A stretch of DNA of 64,000 bases from Chlamydiales bacterium (lineage in GTDB: Bacteria; Chlamydiota; Chlamydiia; Chlamydiales; JAAZZY01): NCBI GenBank assembly GCA_965206695.1, contig CBDBKM010000008.1, positions 96,001-160,000 of the forward strand, given 5' to 3'. Below, piece by piece: positions 21,649 to 31,411 of this stretch. Numbering within the stretch: the first letter of the stretch is position 1; the number at the start of each line of letters is the position of its first letter. Both the position numbers and the translations under genes were made by a program. Below the pieces are notes generated by a model. The model ran no database searches. It had not been told where the DNA came from and was given only the letters and a program-made list of their open reading frames with translations.

Positions 21649-24600
21649 TTACTGAGTCGGCTCGACATGCACAAACTGCAAAAGTTGGATCAGATCCCCA
21701 CGACTAAAGACTTTCATTTGTTCATGTCCCTCAGTTGTTACGATTGCTTCCATCAATTCCCCTTTGCTTTCTATAATCTTATGGATGCGTTCTTCTAATG
21801 TACCTTTTGTCACCAATTTAAAGACTTGAACCCCTCGTTTTTGACCCATCCGATGTACACGGTCAGTCGCCTGATTTTCTCTGGCAGCATTCCACCAACG
21901 ATCATAATGAATAACGATAGAGGCTGCTGTTAAATCAACTCCTAGGCCGACAGCTTTTAAAGAGCCTACGAATACCTCACAATTGGGATCTTTATTAAAT
22001 CGCTTGAGTTGTTCTGCTCGGTTGGTAGTATTACCTCTAATTGAAGCAAATCCTATATTTTTTTCCCTTAGATACCGTTCAATGATATCTAACATAGATA
22101 GATACTGAGAAAAGACGACGATTTTTTGTTGGCTTTCTCTAGCTTCATTAAGAAGTTCGATAAACAGATCCCATTTTCCTGATTGGTATTTCTGATAGTT
22201 ATCAATATCTTTATTTAAACAAGCAGGATGATTACAGATTTGTTTTAACAGAGATAGCAGGGCAAAAATATGAATAAAAGGGATAGATTTTTTCTCATCT
22301 TCTAATTCGTGGATGAGTTTTTCACGAGATTGGTTGAGGTGATCATGATAGAGATGTCGCTGCTCTTGAGATAGTTCACAATGAGAAATTTCAATGGTTT
22401 TTTCCGGTAATTCTTCTAATACTTCTGTTTTCTTTCTTCTCAAAATAAAGGGCTTTATAAAGCGTTTGAGTAATTCTTTTTGATTAGGGTCATTCTCTCT
22501 TTCGATAGGCAGAACAAAAAGTTTACGAAAATTTTCATCACTAGGCATATAGCCGGGAAGGGTAAGGTCAAATAGCGTTTTAAGTTCTCTTAGAGAATTT
22601 TCAATCGGTGTACCGGTTAGTCCTAATCGCATTTTCGCTTTTACCTTAGACAAGGCCATAAAGGTTTGACTACGATGATTTTTAGCTACTTGAATTTCAT
22701 CAAGAATGGCTAAAGTAAAAGATAAGGGAATAATAGATTTTTGATCTAATCTCAAAATACCGTATGAAGTCAGAAGGACATCGTATTTTTGGGCAAAAGG
22801 TTTTAAGCTACGGTTCAAACCATGATAGACTAAAATGCGCATTTTAGGAAAAAAGCGTTCCAGTTTATCTTGCCAATGATAAATCACAGAAGTTGGGCAG
22901 ACAATCAGAAACTTTTTTTTGATTCTTTTCGATCGTGGTGTCTCATCAGAAGAGACTTTTTGGGTTTGTGTGTCTTGTTTAATAGCTGCCATAAGAGCCA
23001 TGGTTTGATGGGTTTTACCAAGTCCCATATCATCGCATAATATTCCGGAGAGACCATAGTTATAAAGAAACCATAACCAGCTAAGGCCTATATGTTGATA
23101 AGGACGGAGTTTTCCTTTTAGCCCTTTTGTAATAGGCGGGGTAGGGGTCTGAAAATTACGAAGAGCAGCTAAGAGATTTTGGCCGGAACCAATGCTATCT
23201 CCTCTTAAACCTTCTAGAGCATCTAAACGGATTAGTTCTAAAGTTGAAAGGCGTACACGATGATTCTCATAATCTAATTGCGGTGGTTTCAATTGCCTTA
23301 GCCAATCAAAATGAGGGGTGGCAAGGGAGATGAGTCCACCATCTGAAAAGAGGAAGGGCTTATTTTGTTTTAAAGCTTCATACAATTCGATAATGTCAAT
23401 GCTGCCGTTATTTGTTTTATATTCCAGGTGTAAACTTAAATAGTGGTAATCAGAGAGGTTTTCTTCCTTGATACCTTTCATAACAAGGTGCATATAGTGA
23501 GGTTTTTTTAAACAAGGGTCAATATAGGAGGTATATCCGGCAAGATTACTTAATTCATAATTAATGAAATTATGTAGATTTGCTTTGCTTATGAGAGTCG
23601 TTTTTCGATATTGTGCAGGTAAGCGAATTTCCGGAGGCAGTTCATAAAAACCATTTTTTTGAATATAAATATAATCTTCAAAAATTTTAACTTTCTTAAC
23701 TTCATATTCCGGGAAAAAGGCATACTCCGGGGTAATGATCACTTGCTCTTTATCATCTAAGATAATTCTGAGGCCTGTTTTAGAAATGGGGCATTTGTTG
23801 CTAAAGAAATCAGGGACTTGTTCTAAATCATCATAATTTATTTTGATAAAAATAGGGATTTCATTTTTTTTAACTTTTACTCCGGCACGAACGGGAAGTC
23901 CGGATTTTCCATGGAATTTAGAATAAAATCCTTGTCCTTCTACATAAATCCATTCACCAAAATCGCATGTTAATGTTGATTCGGATGATAAATCCGTATA
24001 GCTGGTAAAGGATAGGGTATCATTTTCATCTAAGCTATAAGATAAATGAGATTCGATATGCATCAGGTATGTTTCAAACCCTTTTTGAGCATTTAACCAA
24101 AATCGGTATTGGTTGATGAATTCTGAGACGCGATCTTTTCCAATTGTCTTTTCAGAGAAATCAAATATAGGGTTTTCCAGGCGATAGAAACCATCATCTT
24201 CTAAGTACACCCAATGTCCGAAATGACTTGAATATAAACTTTGTAAATCGCCGGGTGTGAAGATATAACAATTTAAATGCAGGTTCCACTTTTCATCAAA
24301 TGCAATATGATAGGACGGTTTTACCGGAAAAGGATGGATAGGATTATTTTTCAAGTATTTTTGAAAAAGATCTCGGTGTGCTTCTAAAGCCTGATCGATT
24401 TCATTATAGGGGATATGTTCTTTCGAAGAAAAACAAGGTCTTTTTATCGGGAAAAAACCTGTATCCGAGACAAAAATCCAATCACCTATTTGATAAGATT
24501 CATTTGCATCAGAGTTTCTAATAGGAGTAGGTTTCTTAGATTTACTATCATCATTCATATGGAGGTGAAGGCACCGTTTTTTTTTATCATAAGAAATAGA

Positions 24601-25419
24601 TTCAATATCATCATCACCATCTAAATGAAGGGGTAATGGAGAATCAAGATTTGCCAGAGAGGGAATAATAAACGGTAAGTTAGCACTAGAAAGGTAAAAT
24701 CCAAGATTTAATTCATGTGTAAAAGTAATATGAATATAATTTGGGAGTTTATTTTCGGCAAAAGAGAAAGAAATGGAATAAGGATCTTTATTTTCTTGTT
24801 TAAGCATAAGATACTTAGCTAGATCTGACCAAAAGGAGAGCTCATATCTTAATGATTCACTTGGCCGACCTTCTCTCCAAAGAGTGAGTTCTTCTTGGGG
24901 TAAATTGGAAAATTTAAGAGATGTTTGTTCTGTTTCTACTTGTCTGTTTTCAATAATACTACTTAAGAATTCTTGAGATTTATCTGACAGTGCTTTGATA
25001 TAGAGGAGCTTTTTATTTGTATTAGAATAGCAAGTGTATGTCTGATCTTCCTCTTTTTGGAGTATATCGGTTTCATAGCCTTGACTTTTGGCAAAAATAG
25101 AAGCTAATTTATTCCATAAGGAATGATTAAATCGAATATGTAAAGGTTTTTTATTTCCCCGGAAAATATATAGAATAGCTGCGGCTAAATGTTCACAATA
25201 GGGGCTCTCATCTTCTTGGATACAAGTACAAAAGCAGTCAGAAATTTCAGAATTTTCTTCATTAAATTGGATAAAAGGCCAAAATTCTTTATCATTTTGT
25301 AAGTCAAGTATTTGAATTTGATAGGTTTGAGAAGAAAAAGTGACTTCTCCAATTCGTTTTTTTTGAAGATATTCGATTGCTTTAGCTTTAAAGCCTCGTA
25401 TAATCTCATCGCTATTCAC
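21649..25419 (-). CDS. SWIM zinc finger + SNF2-family helicase
   Basis: CFCTC...CEH, DDMGLGKT, DEIQ, TGTPIEN, QATDRVHRMGQ. Confidence 0.92.
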   Translation of the reverse strand: MNSDEIIRGFKAKAIEYLQKKRIGEVTFSSQTYQIQILDLQNDKEFWPFIQFNEENSEISDCFCTCIQEDESPYCEHLAAAILYIFRGNKKPLHIRFNHSLWNKLASIFAKSQGYETDILQKEEDQTYTCYSNTNKKLLYIKALSDKSQEFLSSIIENRQVETEQTSLKFSNLPQEELTLWREGRPSESLRYELSFWSDLAKYLMLKQENKDPYSISFSFAENKLPNYIHITFTHELNLGFYLSSANLPFIIPSLANLDSPLPLHLDGDDDIESISYDKKKRCLHLHMNDDSKSKKPTPIRNSDANESYQIGDWIFVSDTGFFPIKRPCFSSKEHIPYNEIDQALEAHRDLFQKYLKNNPIHPFPVKPSYHIAFDEKWNLHLNCYIFTPGDLQSLYSSHFGHWVYLEDDGFYRLENPIFDFSEKTIGKDRVSEFINQYRFWLNAQKGFETYLMHIESHLSYSLDENDTLSFTSYTDLSSESTLTCDFGEWIYVEGQGFYSKFHGKSGLPVRAGVKVKKNEIPIFIKINYDDLEQVPDFFSNKCPISKTGLRIILDDKEQVIITPEYAFFPEYEVKKVKIFEDYIYIQKNGFYELPPEIRLPAQYRKTTLISKANLHNFINYELSNLAGYTSYIDPCLKKPHYMHLVMKGIKEENLSDYHYLSLHLEYKTNNGSIDIIELYEALKQNKPFLFSDGGLISLATPHFDWLRQLKPPQLDYENHRVRLSTLELIRLDALEGLRGDSIGSGQNLLAALRNFQTPTPPITKGLKGKLRPYQHIGLSWLWFLYNYGLSGILCDDMGLGKTHQTMALMAAIKQDTQTQKVSSDETPRSKRIKKKFLIVCPTSVIYHWQDKLERFFPKMRILVYHGLNRSLKPFAQKYDVLLTSYGILRLDQKSIIPLSFTLAILDEIQVAKNHRSQTFMALSKVKAKMRLGLTGTPIENSLRELKTLFDLTLPGYMPSDENFRKLFVLPIERENDPNQKELLKRFIKPFILRRKKTEVLEELPEKTIEISHCELSQEQRHLYHDHLNQSREKLIHELEDEKKSIPFIHIFALLSLLKQICNHPACLNKDIDNYQKYQSGKWDLFIELLNEARESQQKIVVFSQYLSMLDIIERYLREKNIGFASIRGNTTNRAEQLKRFNKDPNCEVFVGSLKAVGLGVDLTAASIVIHYDRWWNAARENQATDRVHRMGQKRGVQVFKLVTKGTLEERIHKIIESKGELMEAIVTTEGHEQMKVFSRGDLIQLLQFVHVEPTQ

Positions 25420-25514
25420 TTGAAAGACCTATTTTTAAATGAAAACACTACCCTTTCCTTAAAATAACAAATCAAATCGTTTTCCGGAACTATTCAGAGA
25501 AAAAATTTTAGGTC

Positions 25515-26453
25515 TATAGTCATTTAATTTTATATTGATAAGATTGCTTGATCAATGGCGAATTTAAAATTCGTAACTTTTCGTAATATCTCTCTAACTT
25601 TATTTTTCATATTAGCCCAATATTTTTCTATAGGATTTAAGTCCGGAGAATAGGGAGGAAGAAACATAAGCTTACAACCGGCAGATTCTACTGTTTTCCT
25701 GCTTTCCGCTGACTTGTGAAAACCGGCATTGTCAAGAATAAGAACACTACCGGGTGTAAGCTGAGGAGTCAAAACTTCCTTAAGCCAAATATTGAATAAC
25801 CCGGTATTACAAGTACCTTCAAAACACATTGGAGATAAAAACTGCCCTTTAGATAGGGCTGAAATAATATTTTGCCTTATAAAGCGGTTTCCTGAAACCG
25901 CTCCAAAAACTTTTTTGCCGCGTAAGCTTCTTCCGGACTCACGAAATAAAAATTGATGAATCCCGGTTTCATCGAGATAAATTCTCTTGTCAAAGGGAAT
26001 ATTTTTTAAATCTTTCATAAAAGCTTCCCGTTTCTTTTCATCTCTTTCCTTATAGCGAGTAGTTTTTTTTTTCGTGTAATTTTTAATCTTTTAAGGGCAT
26101 AAAAAATCGTTTGCGGAGTGACTGAAAAATAATCAGCAATTTCCGATAAAAAATAATCCGGATGTTTTTCTACATATTTAGATAACAACTCATCATCTAA
26201 TTTCTTATAAGCATATTTTCTGCGGATTGGCTTTAAATGTCCTTTTTGCTTTTTTTGCAAGATCCATCGATATATTGTTGCGATACCTACTTGAAAAATA
26301 TGGCCGGCTGTTTTTTTATCATGATGTTTTTCTATATGTTGTAATACTTTCTCTCGAAGATCTACTGAATAGGCTCTAGGCATTGTTTTGTCCTTACTGT
26401 TTGTATAAAAAAAGAAGGATAACATATTATCAAATAAAAATTAAAATACTATA
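25515..26453 (-). mobile_element. IS630-family element, intact (two-ORF transposase, -1 frameshift)
   Basis: Imperfect TIRs with terminal TA; ORFs 26015-26425 and 25530-26018 (DETG, ILDNAGFH, PPYSPDLNPIE); appears identical to 45603-46541. Confidence 0.92.
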
Positions 26454-26561
26454 ATCCTCCATTTCTTTTTACAAAACCTATGATGACTTTCTCTGGCATA
26501 TCTTGATATGTTTCATTTAAAAATGAATGATCGAAAAATTTTAGAGCATATATTGCGGGTT

Positions 26562-27560
26562 TTAATACGTGTACGGTCCCTTGTTTTTCGGCAATGACCC
26601 TTTTTTATCAAGATTAGGAATAAACTTATCATTATTACTAAGAAAATGTGTGATAAAATCGCACAAAAATTTACAAATGTACTTACCGGGAGCGACAGCT
26701 GCCACCTCAACTCTTTTTCTCATCTCTTTGGGAAGTAGGTATAATGCGTTATTAGTATGTGCTGTCCCTTGGCTATGACAAATAATTAACACTTTTGAAT
26801 TGTCAGGATGAGCATTGCAGTAAGTTCTGACTTCTTCTACTAAGATTTGTGTAGGTCTCGCCGCTATACCCCTCCTATTTTTGTTCCATTCTAATGTGTC
26901 ATTCACAAAGTTATGAGAGGCATTATGAACCCCTGTGACATTTGCACCATCAGCATATAGAGATATCTTTTCAGAAGCCTCTTTTGAATTTTTTAAAGAA
27001 TTTTTCATGCCATTAATATAAATGATCTTACCATTTTTTAATTCTTTATCCCCTACCTTATATACTGAAGACATGACAAAGTTTTCTCTTGTCCTATCTT
27101 TTCCAAGAACATGCGTGAGCATTTTTGGCATGCCAATCACTTGAATGATTCCGAAAGTTTTCTTCACTATCAAACTTCTGTACAATAGTTAACTCTTACA
27201 TCCTTTCAACCGTTTCATAAATAAGTTGAGGATATGGTGAGCAATCAGTAAATACCTGTTGTAGTTCAGTTGGCCTTTTATCCCAAACGTTCTCATTTAA
27301 AGATAAGGTAGGATCAAATAATGAGGAATTTCCAAGTAATATATTTTGATTAGATTCTACCTCTATACCATCTAACCGTTTATTAAACTCATCCATTGGT
27401 AAAGCTTCTGAAATAGCAGAATCTTTAAAAGGATTTTTGAAGTTATCTAGAGCACTATTCGTTGAAATAGGTAATACATTTTCTTGAGTGGATATTATTG
27501 GATTACCAAATGAACTTTGTAATAGAGGACCTATAAAGTCTTTATCAAAAGGATTATCTA
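26562..27560 (-). pseudogene. Broken DUF687-like alpha/beta-hydrolase protein
   Basis: YINGMKN, HNASH, CHSQG nucleophile elbow, VAAVAPG; split into fragments (26562-27185, 27196-27396). Confidence 0.55.
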
Positions 27561-27679
27561 TTTTAACTGAGTCTAAACGTTATAAATAGCCTCAGAACCT
27601 CCTAAAAACATACAATTAAAATCCAATCCAACCTTTTGCATTTCTCAATCCTAAAAACTTGTTAGATCAAAACAGTCTC

Positions 27680-27783
27680 TTATTATAAAACTTATCAAAA
27701 TAAATGAAAAATAAGTTTAGACAATCAGTGAGTTTTAAAGTGAGTTTTAAAAAATATTATCAATTCAGTTATGCAGAAGTCTT
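27680..27783 (-). repeat. Partial copy of the 62.2-kb MITE
   Basis: Near reverse complement of 62207-62297, ending TCAGTTATGCAGAAGTCTT. Confidence 0.8.
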
Positions 27784-27873
27784 AAAACAAACCTCATTAA
27801 TTTAGTGGTGAGAGCTGTCAATTAAGATAAAGCCCACTATTATTTTAAATATGAAAAATATTTTGAATATGCG

Positions 27874-28185
27874 TTAAGACTGACGCACGAAATACGTGCT
27901 TGTGATAGATATTATATTTCCAAGCCTTCCCGGTCGAGCCCTCCTTGCACGCACGTTCGGTCTTGCACCGGTTGCCCTTACCGCAGCTCTTACTGCATCC
28001 GTTTCCCTTACTTCAGCCCTTATTGTTTCATTCCTTCTTGCGTATGCCTCTTGCCCCATTGCTACAACGCGATGCAATACCGAAGCAACGACCTCTTGAT
28101 CACGGAGTACAGGTATTGGACCTGCTTCCTCATTATGAGGAAGAAGTGGCGAAGATGGCGAGCGCCCACTGTTAAAAATACTCAT
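27874..28185 (-). CDS. Small hypothetical protein, Ser/Pro-rich N-terminus, Arg/Ala-rich core
   Basis: 103-aa ORF, locally higher GC, AAGGG before ATG. Confidence 0.5.
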   Translation of the reverse strand: MSIFNSGRSPSSPLLPHNEEAGPIPVLRDQEVVASVLHRVVAMGQEAYARRNETIRAEVRETDAVRAAVRATGARPNVRARRARPGRLGNIISITSTYFVRQS

Positions 28186-28540
28186 AATATACCCTTATAA
28201 TTATATAGTTATTATGCGCTTTATTTGTTAAGTTTGTATTAAAAATCATTATTTACTAAACAATCAAGAACCGGGCAATTAATAGTTCAAGCGGGAAAAA
28301 TCAGGGTGTTTAATCAGTATATCGTCTAAACTTCGTTTCTTTTTTCTTCCACTCAGAATTTTTCTGTGTTTAATCGATGTATTTAATATGAATATCATTC
28401 TATCGAATATTAATTTTTTATACCTGTTAAACGATAAAATTGTTCATCATTCAAAGTACAAATTTTTTCAAATTTCATGATACAAATCTACTTTTAAAAT
28501 AGGTTACTATAATCAAAAATTTAATTTCGAAAGAAGTCTA

Positions 28541-28970
28541 ATGACCGAAGGTACATGAGTAGACGCCGGCTTTATTCACAATCTAGAAACATCCTCTGTC
28601 AAAGAACATGACTCACAATCCTTTCCCTCTCTATTACCCGGTAAGGAAATATCTGTCTTTAGAGATAAAGCTTATGCGAATAATAATAACAAGAGGCTAG
28701 AGGCTAGAGGCTAGAGGCTAGAGATACCGGTGTTTATTGGGGAGTGTATTCGATAAAGCAAAGCCTGATCATCCCTTATCGCATAAACAACCTATTCGCA
28801 ACCGACGTTAGGCAAAGATACAAGCTCAAGTGACGTTCCTTATTCCAAGTGATTAAGCATCAATAGGGCTATTATCAAGCTCGTTATAAGCGATTAAGAA
28901 AAAACACCTCACAGATTTTTATGTTATGCACCCTCTATCACTTCTTTCAAGTCAGGAAAAAAATGATTCT
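28541..28970 (+). pseudogene. Degraded IS5-family transposase
   Basis: Fragments KEHDSQ..SLL....VFRDKAY and VIKHQ*GYYQARYKRLRKNTSQIFML; contains (AGAGGCT)4 at 28692-28723. Confidence 0.6.
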
Positions 28971-29140
28971 AAATTCTGTCTAACCGGACCCTTATTGTTA
29001 ATAAGAATCAAATAATTATTTTAAATTCGGCAAAAACCCAATATTTGACCAAGAAAATCTTGTTAAATACCAAATCCTTCTTTTTTAAACTCTGCTCTTT
29101 AAAAAAACCTTATTAATCAGATGTTCCTAAAGTATCTTGC

Positions 29141-31339
29141 TTACGCTGAAGTTGCTGCTTGTGATTCTGCTTGAGCCACTGCTGACAGTTTCTGTAACCA
29201 AGATCCGTATAGTGCCGAGTCGTTCGATAAATTCGTTGAAGAAACACTAGATCCTGAATTGTAAACTTGTCCTGATGCCTGATCAGTTTGCTTCAAGCCT
29301 TCTTGTTCACCTTCATCTACTTTATAAGCAGCTGAAATACATCCGGTTACTCCCATACTCAACATGTTAAAACTTTGACCTAATTGGCCCATGCGATCTC
29401 TGAATTGTCTAGCTTCATCCGTTGCTACTCTTCCCTTTGTTCGTTTTTCGTTTAGGTTAGCTCGATTATCGGGATGTAAATATTTTTCAGCCACATAACT
29501 TCCGGGATCATTATTAACTTGATCCTGAATAGGATCGCCTTGTTGAATCCTTTTTGCACTTCCAACCACTTTATTCCGAATATTTTCAGGTAATTCTTGA
29601 AGTGCTTCGGATCTTTCCGGAGCCGGCTCCACTCTATCTTTAAATTGACCACTATCGTCATCTTTAAAGGCACTAGGAGCACCTCGCCTTACGCCGGCTT
29701 GATCTATATAGCCCCTGGCAACAGCAGGCTCTTGTAAAGTTTCTATATTTGCACGTCCTTTCGGAGTATTCTCATTGAATACCTCTGCATTTGCTTTCTT
29801 TCTAATCTCCATCTCTTGACGCTCTTTGGCAAAGGCTTGTCTAGAACCCTTAGTTCGTGTTCTAAGAGTAAATGTCGATTCATCACGCTGAACTTCAACC
29901 AGCTTACCTTCGTCTCTTAGTCTCTCACGCTCTCTTTTTTTTGCCGCCTTAACTTTATTCTGTAAATCATCAACCTTGGCTTTGGCATCACTAACAAAAT
30001 CGGTTCGCTGTTCTACTTTTCTTAGGGATACGGTTTCCGAACTGTTATAATCTTTAACTCGCCCTTCTTCCTCCGGGGTAATCATTCGATCACCGCTATA
30101 AATCCTTGCTTGAAGATCCTCAATCTCTGTCTGTTCTTTAAATCGTGCTTGTTTCGTGTTCTCTCTTTTCCATTCATCGAGTTGCTTTGTCTCAGTTTCA
30201 GTAATCGTATTATTTGTTTTCTTATCTTCTAATTGCTGAATCTCTTTATCTCGTTGCGCTTGCTCTTCCGGAGGCATTGGAGCGCCACCTTCAAGATCTT
30301 GAGGTGCAATCCGACCGTTCGCTGCTCCTCCACCTTCCATTACTGCTTCTGCCGCCGGTGTCTCAGCGATAGTACGATCCATTTCTGATAATTCATTACC
30401 ATCATTAAGGTATGTTTTTTCCTGGTCATCGATTCGACCCTGCATGGCTGCAGAAGCAATCGTAAAACTTCCGCCAATGATTTGGCCTGCTGCTGAAGCA
30501 TACATACCGTTTGACTGTATCTGTGAGAGTTCGATAGCAGCTGAAGCATAATCTTGCGCTACTACCCACGATCCTTTTAATAAAACAATTAATGTATCAA
30601 CAGCCATTGAAACCAATTTCATAACTAAAATAAGCATTTCGGGTCCCATACTAACACCCAAAGAACTGACTAATGAGGCCGTCCAAGAATCCGGTATTTG
30701 AGCACTACTGCCTGAGCCGGACGCACTGCCGTCTTCATAAGCGGAATTTACGCCACCGGTTTCCGATGAACCTGCAGAAGCCGGGCTAGTATTCCCTAAT
30801 AATATTTGTAATTTTATTCTTCCTGTAGATGGATCCTTTTGCATCAAATGTGATAAAATTTGAGCTTGATCCGTATTCTGTACAGTTTGCTTTAAAACTG
30901 CTTCAACTGCTTTTGGGTCATCTGATGTACGAAGAAGTTTTAAACTTGCTTCCATTAAACTATGAACTGTTCTCTCAATCAATGTTTTTCCTGAGCTGTC
31001 TTTTTGAAGTAAGGCTTTTAAAGCCTTTAGTTGCTCTTGAGTGAGGTGGCTATTTTTTTCATTTAATAGATAATTGAAAACGCTTTTTACAGCATTTGAA
31101 ATAGCTCCTTCATATTCTTGAAAAGCTTGAGGATCAAATTTAATAGCAGATAATTCTTGTTTTGTGAGTGTTTTTGCATCAGCCACTCTGCGTGTCCGGC
31201 CCGAATAAGTATGACTCGTTTCAGTTGTCGTGTCCTTTTTACCGGTAGAAGTAGTCTCGTCCGATTTTAAAGCTTCTAGTGAAGTAACTAGATGCCCCTT
31301 CACTTGACTGAGTTGTTGTGGTGTTAATTGTCCTGACAT
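29141..31339 (-). CDS. Putative minor translocator (CopD/SctB-like) with large hydrophilic insert
   Basis: Hydrophobic stretch MLILVMKLVSMAVDTLIVLL, MYASAAGQIIGGSFTIASA, amphipathic C-terminus; follows the CopB-like gene. Confidence 0.5.
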   Translation of the reverse strand: MSGQLTPQQLSQVKGHLVTSLEALKSDETTSTGKKDTTTETSHTYSGRTRRVADAKTLTKQELSAIKFDPQAFQEYEGAISNAVKSVFNYLLNEKNSHLTQEQLKALKALLQKDSSGKTLIERTVHSLMEASLKLLRTSDDPKAVEAVLKQTVQNTDQAQILSHLMQKDPSTGRIKLQILLGNTSPASAGSSETGGVNSAYEDGSASGSGSSAQIPDSWTASLVSSLGVSMGPEMLILVMKLVSMAVDTLIVLLKGSWVVAQDYASAAIELSQIQSNGMYASAAGQIIGGSFTIASAAMQGRIDDQEKTYLNDGNELSEMDRTIAETPAAEAVMEGGGAANGRIAPQDLEGGAPMPPEEQAQRDKEIQQLEDKKTNNTITETETKQLDEWKRENTKQARFKEQTEIEDLQARIYSGDRMITPEEEGRVKDYNSSETVSLRKVEQRTDFVSDAKAKVDDLQNKVKAAKKRERERLRDEGKLVEVQRDESTFTLRTRTKGSRQAFAKERQEMEIRKKANAEVFNENTPKGRANIETLQEPAVARGYIDQAGVRRGAPSAFKDDDSGQFKDRVEPAPERSEALQELPENIRNKVVGSAKRIQQGDPIQDQVNNDPGSYVAEKYLHPDNRANLNEKRTKGRVATDEARQFRDRMGQLGQSFNMLSMGVTGCISAAYKVDEGEQEGLKQTDQASGQVYNSGSSVSSTNLSNDSALYGSWLQKLSAVAQAESQAATSA

Positions 31340-31411
31340 ATGGTGATGTCTCCCTATCTTTTAATATGAGGCGAAAGCTTAATTAGCTTGCGCTCTCAGT
31401 GTTATAGTTTA

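Noticed and set aside
28692..28723. (AGAGGCT)4 as a phase-variation switch
   Set aside because: It lies within a degraded IS5 transposase, so no functional gene is affected
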